DNA of 64,000 bases from Octopus vulgaris (Eukaryota), in contig OX597826.1 of the NCBI GenBank assembly GCA_951406725.2, positions 64,666,001-64,730,000 of the forward strand, given 5' to 3'. Positions 49,260 through 61,270 of the stretch are shown piece by piece. The notes below the pieces were generated by a model. That model did no database searches. It worked only from the letters and a program-made list of their open reading frames with translations, and was not told the origin of the DNA. The position numbers and the translations under genes were made by a program. Positions within the stretch are counted from its first letter, which is position 1; every line of letters starts with the position of its first letter.

Positions 49260-51320
49260 GGGGAGACCGGGGTTAGTTGACTACATTTTTTACCTTTTCA
49301 CTGACAGAGCAATACTGTTTAACGTATTCTACTGAATCTTGTATTACACGCATAAATCAACCATAGCAGAAGGCTTACAAAGCTAGAGATCTCATCTGCT
49401 CATTGTCTGGGTTTATATTTTATGCATTTTCTAAGACCACTTAAATGTGTCAACTTGCCCTGATACCGGGGCAAGTTGACACATATGATGCGGTATGTTG
49501 ACACATGAATGCATTTTCTTGGAACATACATGTTAGTGGACAGAATCACATGAAATAAGCTTGTTGGTTTGATCAATGGCCTTTATTACGGTTTCATTAC
49601 ATATCATTGTCAGAGTCACAATTTGAGCATGTGAATATTGTCATGCCTGGTGTGCATGCCTCGTGAGCTCAACCTTTACAATCAGAGCATTGAAGCCACG
49701 CTTCCCTTCCTTTGCTGTCGGAAAAAGGCTCGCAGCACACTAAGCAATAGCACTCTTCCTCATCAGAGGTATCACTTTCTTGAATTTGAACTTTTTTCTT
49801 AACAGTTGGACCTTTTCCCTTCATTGACCTGCCCTTACTGAGTCCCTTTCCTATCGTTCCTTTATCAATGTTTGTCTTCTTTTTACTTTTACTATGATTG
49901 CTCTTTTAACCGGCGAGTCAGTGAGGATTTCAGAACATCGTTTCTTTCTTCCTCTGGTTGATTCTTTCTTAGGGCCTGCTTTGGGTAGTGGACGGGTTTG
50001 AAATGGTGAAAGAAAAGACCAGGCACATATGTTGCTTGAAGGCTCAGGTGCTGAAAGTGCAGGATCCGGTCGGTCAGTGACATAGATTGGTGCAAAGTTG
50101 CTGTCTGTGAAAATGTTGCGATTAACAGGGCATATTCCTGTAGAAGAAAAGCCACTAAGAATGTTCGTCGAAGTTGCAGTCAATGGCCATGCAGTTTTGA
50201 CAATACACGGAATGTCATAAATGGTCATAGTCTGGCCAGGATGGTTGATATGCCAGTCATCAATGGCAGTGTTTGTGTACTTCTTCAGTGGTCTATAGAC
50301 CGCTTTGTCCAATGGCTGTAACCTGTGTGTGCAGTGATGGGAAAGAAAGCATGGTGATGCCATTGTCTGAGGCATAAGTCAGCCCCTCGATACTAAGGTG
50401 GGAATCGTGATTGTCCAGCAAGAGAAGGCACGGTGACTGCTTTGAACATTTCACATTCCTCACAAAGTGTTGAAGGAATTTCACAAACTGCTCCTCACAC
50501 ATCCAACCAGATGGATTAGCACCTCCATCGCTGCCTGATGGTCCATTGTTCAGGGAATGTGGCCTAAAGTTCTTCCGGGGAAAAACAAAATGCAGTGGTA
50601 TGCTGTTTCCAGCGGAATTTACACAGCTTTCCAATGTGACCAGAGGTCCCCTTTCCACACTTATCATTTTCCCCACTTGCTTTGTTCCTTTTCTGGCAAT
50701 AATTCTATCGGGGCGCTGCACAGTTGTTATGTCAGTTTCATCCATGTTGTAGATATTGAATGGATCAAACTTATACCGAAGCATCACCTCAGCAAGTTGG
50801 TTGAAAAACATAGCAACATTTGTCTTGTTGAAACTTGTTGCCCGTGCCAAGCTTGTTGCCTGTGGACTTCTTATAAATAAATTCTTGTGTCGTTGAAGAT
50901 ATCCAGAGAACCAGTCTTCACCTGCCATTTCTGTCTCATGCCAGGTTGGAGGGATATCACATCCATGTGCCTTTGACAACTGAAAAGTCAATTTCCGCAC
51001 ATCCTTTGGAGCAAGCCTATAGTAAATTTCTGTGGCAGCCAAAACATAAGCCTCTGACTGATTCTCGAACTCGTCGGTGAGAACTTGCCGTGGCTTTTTG
51101 TATCCACTAAGACTGTGATCGTTGTTGTTTGCTTCAGCGGCCTTGGTGCAGTAGCGAGACAGAGGTTTTAAAGGGATGCCAAATGTCCTCGAAGCTTCCC
51201 GCAAGGAGATGACACGAGCTCGGACCTGTTGAATAGCCTGTTGGATTACATCCTGTGGAAGGGTTGCCCTCTCGCTTTTGCGTTTGTAGTGTCGCACCAT
51301 GACAATTGTAGATCTAGGTC
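49260..51320 (-). mobile_element. pogo/Fot1-like DNA transposon, nearly full transposase (HTH-psq, DDE, C-terminal PHD-like finger), frameshifted
   Basis: ORFs 51300-50293 and 50375-49851: MVRHYKRK, ISLREASRTFGIP, AGEDWFSG, IYNMDET, LLLLDNHDSH, THRLQPLD. C-terminal CLVCCEPF...WLQCSDCKG*AHEAC...FTCSNC. TA|GGGGAGACCGGGG terminus at 49260. Confidence 0.88.
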
Positions 51321-51827
51321 TGTAAAGAGAGAGAGAGAGAGAGAGGGAGAAAAAAAAGGCATTTTAGCTCATTGCATAATCCAACAGTGAAAGCAAAACG
51401 AAGCTCTGAGTGTTTACCTACTTTTTAGTTTCAAGCATGCCTGGTCACGGCATAATTTCATGCTTATATATCAGTGGTACAGGTTACAAAGCTGACGCAG
51501 TATACAAGCTGTTGGCGACTGTAGGTAGCGGTATGAAGATAGAATAGGTTGGTATAGATAAAGATAGCTGATCTAAAACTATAGTAAGCAATACATAAAT
51601 TACTCAATGAATTGATCCAATGTACCAGACATGAATCAAATTGTTCTTAATCTCCATATCTTAAAGTATGTAATTCTTAAAAAAAAATCGAAAGACCTTA
51701 AAAACGAAAGACAAAAATTGCGAACTTAAAAGTTTGCTAAACATGTTATCTCTCTTATACAAAGTTTCGCGGGCGTCGTGTCTCGGTAACTGTCGACACT
51801 TTATTAGTGTATTTCAAAGGCGAAACA

Positions 51828-51911
51828 ACGCGCTGGGGACTATGTTCGGCAGGTTTAATTGCAAACGATTTCTGCAATGCTTTGCACTGTTTAAAACCTT
51901 CAGAACATGAA
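51828..51911 (+). pseudogene. Inverted orphan DHDH exon 1
   Basis: (T)[27 protein letters not shown], 84 nt like the other exon-1 copies. Start codon is ACG rather than ATG and donor is ATAAGT rather than GTAAGT. No plus-strand exon 2 is visible downstream in the window. Confidence 0.85.
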
Positions 51912-52499
51912 ATAAGTAATGACTTTTTTCCTTTCATATTTACCTATCAATTTTTAATTTTATTAAGTGACGCAGTGACATTTTTAATTTCATTTCTTCT
52001 GTATTTGCAATTAAGAGCTTCAACCGCTCTTCTTAGATGTGGATCAGCTCAGACTGCTGATGAAAGCCATTCCATAGGGAGCATTAAACTGTAACTACGG
52101 CAGAAAAAAAAGATGGAATGGTCACAACTGGAAAGCTTCTAAAAACACGGATATTTAGGGGGAAAAAAAGACAACATATCATTTTAGTGTAAAACATTCA
52201 GCGGATCTTTTCCTTTTGAACAGCACATGTCAACACAATTTCTAGTTAACTAAACATTTTTAAACTTCGTATACTGGTAGGATGTGTTTATAAAACATCA
52301 TTTTTTCTTGGCTTTATTGAAAAAATTTCTATAGTTTGTAAGATATTTCGTCTGAAATTTCGAGCATTTCGGCAATTTTAACCAATAGCTGACCTCCATT
52401 TGGGGTGAAAACATTCCGTACTGTATGAATGTGTCCCTCGTTTAAGAAACAGATTGGGTTTATTTACATTTGCGAAGAAAAAAAGATACCCTTCCTCCA

Positions 52500-53075
52500 C
52501 ACCTAACCCTAACCCTACCCTTAACCCTAACCATAACCATAACCATAACTCTAACTCTAACCCTAAAATAGATTGAAATGCAATAGATCGATACTAGAGT
52601 TATAATTATGGGTGAAAATTTCATAAGACACTGCTACGGAAAATGGGATTTTTTTCTAGCGGCGTCAAATACCCGGAGATTGCCGGAGATAGGCGGAATA
52701 GAGTGAGATAGGCGGAGATAGAGTGAGATAGGCGGAGATAGGCGGAGATAGAAAGAGATAGGCGGAGTTTATTGGAGATTGCTCCAGTTTGCCGGATTTT
52801 GCCGTAGATTGCCGGAGATTACCGGAGATTGCCGGAGTTTGCCGGAGATTGGCGGAGTTTGCCGGAGATTGGCGGAGATTGCCGGAGATTACGAGAGATT
52901 GCCGGACATTGCCGGAGATAACCGAAGATTGCCAGAGATTGCCGGGAAAAACTTTTCAAAAATTTTCATAAAAATTTTCAAAAAACTTTCCAAATATTTT
53001 GATAAAAATTTTCAAAAAACTTTTAAAATTTTGATAAAAATTTTCAAAAAAGTTTTGAAAAATTTTGATGAAAAT
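52500..53075. repeat. Composite tandem array: (CCTAAC)-like hexamers, 10-bp GCCGGAGATT minisatellite, AAAATTTT repeats
   Basis: Directly visible: 52502-52566 hexamers, ~52674-52945 decamers, 52946-53075 A/T-tract repeats. Confidence 0.9.
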
Positions 53076-55260
53076 TGTGTGTGTGTGTGCTTGTGCGTCT
53101 GTTTATCCCCTCCCCCACATAGCTTGACAACCGATGCTGGTATATTTACGTCCCCGTAACTTAGCGGTTCGACAAAAATTACCGATAGTATAAGTACTAG
53201 GCTTACAAAGAATAAGTCTTGGGGTCGATTTGCTCGACTAAAGGCGGTGCTCCAGCATGGCCACAGTCAAATGACTGAAACAAGTAAAAGAGTAAAAGAG
53301 TAAAAGAGTTAAATATTCGTTTACTTCTTGATTATCTTCCTTATGTTAAATATCCTAAGAGTAAAATGAACACAAAGAAGTATCATTAATGTGCTAATAT
53401 ATCACCCAATTCTTCTCCGTATATAAAAAAAATAATAGAGAAAATGTTAAAGTTGCAGTAGAGTTGGGTTGGATCTTCATTGTTTGCTGGGGTGTACCTT
53501 CTTACAACGGTTTCGATTCATAAATACAAACGAGAAATGAATACTAGAAAATTGTGTTAAGGGAAGCTACTCTTATAAATATGAATAGAGACAATTAGAG
53601 TAGCTTCCCTTGAATAGCTATTACGCGCATTATTTTTTTTCCTTTTTTTTTTTTGTCAAGGTTGAAAGAGTTTCTCATGGTCCTACAATATTCAAATAGC
53701 ATTGAATAATGTAATACCAACAGTAAATTCGAAATGGAATGTTATTTTCGAGCAGTTCATTATGTTTTACTACTTTAAGCACGTTTTTTATTCGATTCTC
53801 TATTCTTATTACTGTACATGAAGTTCTTGGGTTTAAGGGTGTCGTGAAAGACCTGGTTGGAAGACCAACCTTCTGAGTTCCTTTAAAGGGCTTAGAAAAC
53901 TGAAGAACAGCTACAATAAGCATGTTAATCTGAGACGGAAATATGTTGAATAAAATTATAATTTAATGACCCCCTTGTATTTTTTTTGTTTTTTTACCCA
54001 GAGCCAGGAACTTCTTTTCGGCATCCCCTTGTATATGTGAATGACTTAATGTTTTGTTTGCATTTAGAATGTATCCACGTATGTGTGTATGAAAGTATAT
54101 TTTTATGTATGTATGTATGTATGTATGTATGTATGTATGTATGTATGTATGTATGTATGTATGTATGTATAAAATCGGTCTTGTTATTTTTGTTTTGTAC
54201 TTTTAGACGCTATAACTTAGCGTTTCAACAATTAAAGATCGATGAAATTAGCACCAGGTTGGAATTCACTAAACTCTTGAAAGCGGTGCCACAGTATGGC
54301 CGTAATCCTGTGACTAAAACCAATAAATGAATACAAGAATAAAGACACACTTATAATAAGATTCGCGAATATGCATTCAAGTGTGTTCATGTAAAGAGGA
54401 ACAAACAAAGCATCGCTGGACTCGCTATCGTTGTTTTTTTCTTTGCAAACATCCATCTCACTTCAATAGTCTATCTATGAACAGTGTCATCATTTGGATT
54501 CACGAAATATTATGAGTGATTAATAATTTTATATGTATAAGTTCTATCATCTAATCCGGCATATGAAGCCCAACCAGCGATCATACGTTACCATCTTCGA
54601 AAGGCTGCATCGAACTGCAAGCCACGGGATACTATTTTGAAAAGATGTACTTCAGCCTCTATACTAGCTTAGTACATCCCTTCTTTAGGTCTTCGCTCCT
54701 TTTGGGGCCCAAACCATCGACGACATTCTTCCTTTTCTACTCCCTCCTGTTGGATTTCTGCTCTCTCTTCTAGCATCAATTCGGATTTTGCTACACAGCG
54801 TCATACGTTTCCCAAAGGGAAGGTTTTCTCTCCCATGTTGTGTTGGTTTTGAATTATCATCAATTGCGTCATTTTTTTTTCTTTCCTAAATAGGTGTTGT
54901 TGGCCCTACGCAAACTCATTTTTACCTCTGGGAAGCAGTGATGTATATCAGTTTGGCATTTGTATTTTCACTTGTTCAGCATGGGAAGCCCTACAAGAGC
55001 TTGCGCTTCTCAGGCATAGCTGCCAGGGTCATCGAGGCGCACAAGCCTTCACACCGCAACAAGAACAAGATCATGTGTTGGTAACACATCACTTGCATTT
55101 ACAATAAATATATATATACATGTGGATGCAGCATCATTCACACTGGATTAATGTTACTATCGTGGTCCTTTCGCTTTCATTTCTTTCGCGCTTTACTTTC
55201 ACCTTTTGTTTCTTCATCCTTAAATAAGATTTAACCGATTATCCAGCATACCCTTCCTTT

Positions 55261-55880
55261 CTTTAAATTGGAAGAATGTGATGTGAAGAACATCTGACTG
55301 TTATTTCATAACATAGAAGCTCCCGCATTTGGTTGTTAGTAAACAATATGTATGGTAACCATAGACTTCCAATTCATAAACATGTCAATGGTTAAAGAAG
55401 CCTGTTTTAAAGGTAAATATTATTATCATTAGATACTGTGACTATCATGTTCGGTGTAAACAAACATCAATGATTAACTTAAACATCATCTTCATGATAA
55501 ACACAGACACTATGTTAATAGTGTGAAATCGACAGAATCATTAGAGCAGCAGGCTAAGTGCCCAGTGTTATTTAACAAAGGACCTTTGTTTTGAGTTTAA
55601 ATAGTCAAGTGCGCCTTTCATCTTTCAGGACTTGATAAAATACCATTCAAATATTAGAATCCATTTAACTGATTGGCCCTTCCCCACATATTTCTGCTCT
55701 TTAAATTGGAAGGATGTGATGTGAAGGACATCTGATTGTTACTTCATAGCAAAGAAGCTCCCACATTTGGTTGTTAATAAACTATGTGTATGGTAATCAT
55801 AGACTTCCAGTTCATAAACATGTCAATGATTAAACAAGCCTGTTTTAATGGTAAATATTATTGTCATTAGATACTGTGAC
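55261..55880. repeat. ~180-bp direct repeat pair (55261-55442, 55699-55880)
   Basis: Both copies run ctttaaattggaa...cattagatactgtgac, roughly 90% identical by eye. Confidence 0.85.
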
Positions 55881-55903
55881 AGTTATTAGATACTGAGAGA
55901 AAT

Positions 55904-56283
55904 GTGGAGGCGCAATGGCCCAGTGGTTAGGGCAGCGGACTCGCGGTCGTAGGATCGCGGTTTCGATTCCCAGACCGAGCATTGTGAGTGTTTATTGAGC
56001 GAAAACACCTAATGCTTCACGAGGCTCCTGCAGGGGGGGATGAACCCTGCTGTACTCTTTCACCACAACTTTCTCTCACTCTTTCTTCCTGTTTCTGTTG
56101 TACCTGTATTTCAAAGGGCCAGCCTTGACATACTCTGTGTCACGCTGAATCTCCTCGAGAACTACGTTAAGGGTACACGTGTCTGTGGAGTGCTCAGCCA
56201 CTTTCACGTTAATTCCACGAGCAAGCTGTTCCATTAATCGTATCAGCTGGGACCCTCATCGTCGTAACCGACGGAGTGCTCCT
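55904..56283 (+). mobile_element. tRNA-derived SINE with 14-bp TSD
   Basis: A-box TGGCCCAGTGG and B-box GGTTTCGATTCC; perfect flanking direct repeat ATACTGAGAGAAAT (55890-55903, 56284-56297). Confidence 0.88.
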
Positions 56284-56717
56284 ATACTGAGAGAAATAGA
56301 CGATGCGTTAGCGGTTTATCGCCAGAATTGTTAGAGCGGTGAGTAAATCTAGTTTTCCCCCTTCATATTGCTATCAGTTTTGTTATTAACTACTCATTAC
56401 ATCAACTCTCGGGTCAGGTTTTCTGACCCGAGGCAAAAAATTGTTAGACTCTTCCGACTTCTGTCTCAACAAATCGTCTACTTAACACTTCAACATAAGC
56501 AGAGACAGAGAGTTAATTCCAACAGTTCGTGTCCAACTTACACAAGACAGAAGATTTTTTTTTTTTTTTGCCCTGGGTCGAATTAACCTGGTTTAAGAAA
56601 ACCACTTTCAAGACAAGGCTATAGTTTGCAACAGTCACCACTTCCAAACTTTCTCCACTGCTATCAACATGACAGTCAACATGGCAATACAACAACTACA
56701 ATAGCCTACAGGGATTG

Positions 56718-56929
56718 TTTTAGAAATGAAAGAAATCTCGAACGTAGGAGGATAGCTGTGAAAACTGCCTAGAGGACCGTGTAAAATAGCCGCTACAGAG
56801 AAGCGAACCCTGGATTTCCTAGAGCGGCTTATTGGTCACTTTCTTCCGTATATAAGGCAATTTTATCCGATTTCTTAACCTGTTTTCACAGCTAGTCTCC
56901 TGAGTGTGAGATTTCCATCATTTCTAAAA
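56718..56929. mobile_element. MITE-like element with ~45-bp imperfect TIRs
   Basis: ttttagaaatgaaagaaatctc...aggaggatagctgtgaaaac / gttttcacagctagtctcct...gagatttccatcatttctaaaa. Confidence 0.6.
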
Positions 56930-57099
56930 TATCAACTCACTCGGCACTTCAATGATTGTTTAAAAAAATACGCCTAAACTGACTACTTGGTATGTTCAGT
57001 TAATCAGCCAGTCATAAACACATCACGCACGCATTCGACCGAATACTAACAGAAGTTTTCACGGCCATGCATTAGCGCATGTATTACTAATTTATATAC

Positions 57100-57185
<86 letters not shown>

Positions 57186-57624
57186 GTAAATGTAATATGT
57201 GATAATTATTCGGTAGCCATGATAAAACTCCGAGTTTCGGATGCCGAGGTGGAAATCTACGCCGCCATCTCTGCAGTTAAGTTATCCGCCCATCAGAAAA
57301 CCGCTATGGAAATGACCGTTATACAAAGGGAAATTGCTGTGTGATTGGCCATCATTAAGACAAAAGAGCTATTTGAATGACCGCTAAGTAAGGTGAGGGG
57401 GTAAAAAGTTCATAGTATTCGCATAAGCGCGCCTGTTCATACCTACACACGTGCGTGCGCATACATTCATCCACCCTCACTTGAAAACGTACACATCCTC
57501 ACTCGCATCCTTCACCAAATGTATATGCATATACATACAAACCCACCCACACACGCGCGCACCGTAAAGGTTCATACACACGTATACATACGCACAAGGA
57601 CAGTGCATACGCACAGGGGCACTG

Positions 57625-58620
57625 AGGACAGTGCAGAGGATTCAGAAAGGGTTGGATGAGTCTAATGGGAATTATGAAGGTACGGCAACCCGGAAAACTC
57701 ATTCTGATCGGTTTGATAAGAAAATAATCCCTGAATTTGTTGGTGAGATCCAGGCTATGATTGACAAGTCAGTCAGGTCCATCGTCAGAGACATGGGAGT
57801 GTCTGAGTTTCTTATCAGACAGGTAGTGTATGAAGACATTCGGTATTCCTCATACAAGATGTGAAAGGGCCAATTTTTATCCCAAGCCACCAAGGACAAG
57901 AGGAAAGACCACGCTACGAAACTTTAGAACAAACTCAAGCATCCCCTCCAATCGTACATGCTTTGTTTTTTTCAGAAGTGAAAAATTTCTGCCAGAATGA
58001 GATGCTGGATACACAGAACAACCATTGGTTTGCTGTGTCCCAAAAACATGTACCAAGAGTGATAAAAATCAAACATCCGGTCAACATCATGGTGTGTTTG
58101 GAGTGATCACTAGTGATGGCGACGTTATGCCTCCATTCATCTTCCCACACAGCCTCAGACTCAACACAGAGGCCTACATCAAGTACCTGGAGGAGGTAGT
58201 GCTATTCTGGGTCAAGAGTGTGGGTGCTGAAAGACCCTGTGTTCGTCAACAGGACTTTGCACCATGTCCCATAAGCAGGAGAACCCAATCATGGCTGTCA
58301 GACAACTTCTGCCACCACATCACCTCTAACATCTGGCCACCTAACTCCCCAGACTAGAACCCCCTTTATTATTATGTGTGGGGTGCCGTTGAGCGAGAAA
58401 CCAACAAAACTCCTTGTAACACCGAAGATGAACTGAAGGCAAAGATTATGGCAGCATTCACCTACTTAAACAAGGAGACCGTTCAGAAGAGTTGCAAGCG
58501 ATTCTAAAGTCGTCTGGAGGCCGTAGTTGAAGCCAATAGCGATTTTATTGCAAAGATTTACTCTTCAGTATTTCAAGATATTTTTATGTAATTTTGGTAA
58601 AAATATCTGTCAAAATGAGA
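57625..58620 (+). mobile_element. maT (DD37D-type) Tc1/mariner transposon remnant
   Basis: FFSEVKNF, VFGVITSDG, QQDFAP...WPPNSPD*NPLYYYVWG, with 37 residues between the second Asp and the (mutated) third Asp position. Confidence 0.8.
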
Positions 58621-58948
58621 TGTCAGTGTTAGATTCATTTTTGCGTAGTTTAGACGTGTATGAGTATGCGTGCATTTGTATGAATGAGTATATGTATGCA
58701 TATGTGTATATATGTATGTAAGTATGTATGTATTGTATGCCTGCATTTGTATGTATGCTTGTATACACACACACACATATATATATATATATTTATATAT
58801 ATCCAGCAGTGTCCGTGTTATAAGAAGCTTGATTCCCAACCACATAGTTCTGGGTTTAGTCCCACTGCGTGACACCTTCAACTATAGCCTCGGGCCGACC
58901 AAAGGCTTCTGAATGGATTTCAGTCAAGTGACTGAAATAAATAAAAGA

Positions 58949-59011
<63 letters not shown>

Positions 59012-59300
59012 TAATCTAAACAAGAAAACACAAAAAAAAACACAGCAACGCGAGGACGTGGAACAAATAAAGTATTATTGGACGCTCAGGAAAGAAGGGA
59101 ATATATATTCTTTTATTCTTACTTAACGCTCCATTGTATTCTTTACGTGAAACCGATTGGTAAGAACAACCGCGATAGATATTTAATAAAGTACTTTTCG
59201 GATAATGTGTATGTGTATATATATTTATATTATATATATATATATTATATCGTCTGTATAAACATAAATCCGAAAAAAAGAAGCCCACTCTAAGTTATAT

Positions 59301-59570
59301 ATTAAAGTTAGATGAGGCCAGTTTATGGGATTACTTAGGTTTCACGTCCATAATGAACTTAGCTTTGTGGTGTATCATCGCAAAACCCGTTGGCTTAAGG
59401 CCTCTCTAGCGAGTGGCCTGTCTAGAATATTCTAGAGAATACGCTAGAATATGCTAGAATATTCTAGAGAGGCCACTCACTAGCGGGGGATCTGGTACAC
59501 CATAAAGCTAAGCCCTTTATGGACGTGAAACTTAATGTAATTCCACAAATCGGCCTTATCTAACTTTAAT
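59301..59570. mobile_element. Fold-back MITE-like palindrome
   Basis: attaaagttagatgaggcc...tttcacgtccataa...gagtggcctgtctagaatattctag / ctagaatattctagagaggccactc...ttatggacgtgaaa...ggccttatctaactttaat. Confidence 0.75.
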
Positions 59571-59619
59571 TGGCGAATGTGTGGGTGAGCATGTGTGTGT
59601 TTCAAGTGAGGGTGGATGA

Positions 59620-59660
<41 letters not shown>

Positions 59661-59969
59661 CGGATGTACTGAGTGTGCGGGCGCACATGTGTATGTATGG
59701 ACATGCGCGCTCACGCGATGACTATGACCTTTATTACTCCCTCCCCTTACTTAGCGGTCATTCTAATAGCTCTTTTGTCTTAATAACGGTCAATCACACA
59801 GTAATTTCCATTCGTTTTAACGGTCATTTTCATAGCATTTTTTTCGATGGTCCGATAACGGAAGAGATGCCGGCGTGGGTTTCCGCCCCGACATCCGAAA
59901 CTTGGAGTTTTATCATGGTTACCGAATAACTGTCACACACACACACACACACACATATATATACATATA

Positions 59970-60427
59970 TAAGATAGAAGGAGAAATAGCACTGCAGTAA
60001 ATCAGTAAATCTAAAACATTTTTATGAAGGAATTTGATAAAAATTATTTAAAAAATTATATAAAGAAAATATTACCGGTTTCGATAATAAATCCCATTTT
60101 ATCAAATATCAGTTAAAATATATTTTTAAAAATTGAAGTAAAAACAGTTTATCATCTGTCTGGCGAGAGTGGGGGTCAAAAACATGTCTGGTGATTCTTC
60201 GTTGAAGTCTTCTTTGAATGTAGTTTGGTAGAGAGTTCAAAGTGTTAGAGAATAAGAGAGGGGGTGTAGTTGTGTCGTGTCTAAAAGAAATCTTCGTGAG
60301 TTCCTGCCAAAGGAGTGGCTTACAAGCATTAATTGAATGGGTTTTATGTTCACCTCTGTGCGTTTGTGTGTGTGTGTGTGTGTGTGTATTGTGTTGAATG
60401 TCCTTTCAATATGTTTCAATCTTTTTT

Positions 60428-60470
<43 letters not shown>

Positions 60471-60835
60471 GCCTGCACATACACACAAACACACGCAAAC
60501 ATACACACATACACAAAAAAGAAAACATCGCACAAACACACACACGTACACACACAAACACACACACATACACACAAGAGAAAACAGCAAAAACACACAC
60601 AAATATATACTCGCATACATACACACACATACAAAAGAAAACATCACAAAAAATAGACACACACATACATACAACTGGTGACCAGACACATACACACAGG
60701 TGGAGACACACAAAAGAATACATCTAACCCAAAGGAAAATGCTAATTCTTTCTTCAAAAAGACATTCATCACAACATACACACCCATCAACACCCAGCTG
60801 GTCACATTTCAAATATTGAAAGGACATTCAGCACA

Positions 60836-60903
<68 letters not shown>

Positions 60904-61270
60904 ACAGGTGGACATAAAACCCATTCGATAAATGGTTTTTAGCCACTTCCTTGGCAAGACCCCATAAATATTACTTTTAGACAATAGACAACTAGACCAC
61001 CTCTTTTACCCTCTAACATTTTGAACTCTATACCAAACTATATTTAAAGAAGACTTCGACGAAAAATCCCCACACATGTTTTTGTCCCCCACCGACAAGA
61101 AATAAACTGTTTTTACTTCAAATTTTAATAAAATTTTACTGATATTTGATTAGATGAGTTTAATCGGTAATATTTTCTTTACATAATTTTTTAAATCATG
61201 TCTATTAAATTCCTTCTTAAATTGCAATGTTTTAGATTTACTTCCGTGCTATTTCCACCTCCATCTTTCA
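59970..61270. repeat. Diverged ~450-bp inverted repeat (59970-60415 / 60810-61270)
   Basis: Colinear reverse-complement matches along the arms, e.g. ttgaagtaaaaacagtttat / ataaactgtttttacttcaa and aatgggttttatgttcacc / ggtggacataaaacccatt. Confidence 0.8.

Larger units (their letters stand above)
57198..59935. repeat. Inverted pair of ~330-bp repeats (57198-57520 and 59570-59935), each with a hammerhead-like motif
   Basis: Reverse-complement similarity, e.g. taagacaaaagagctatttgaatgaccgctaagtaagg / ccttacttagcggtcattctaatagctcttttgtctta. Confidence 0.8.

Noticed and set aside
52057-52135. CTGATGA followed by a GCCATTCCAT/ATGGAATGGT stem, resembling a hammerhead
   Set aside because: GAAA is displaced from the stem by several nucleotides and no stem I/III with an NUH site forms; more likely repeat fragments in opposite orientation.
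52502-52566. True telomere or chromosome fusion site
   Set aside because: Only ~10 degenerate hexamers in one orientation, embedded in a repeat-like element.
52674-52945. CRISPR-like array
   Set aside because: Head-to-tail repeats with no unique spacers, in a eukaryotic context with no cas genes.
52779-53159. ORF with repeated LPEIAG units
   Set aside because: Translation of the 10-bp minisatellite; no splice or domain support.
55904-55975. Possible tRNA gene
   Set aside because: A and B boxes are present, but it continues into a ~380-bp body flanked by a 14-bp TSD, so it is a SINE head.
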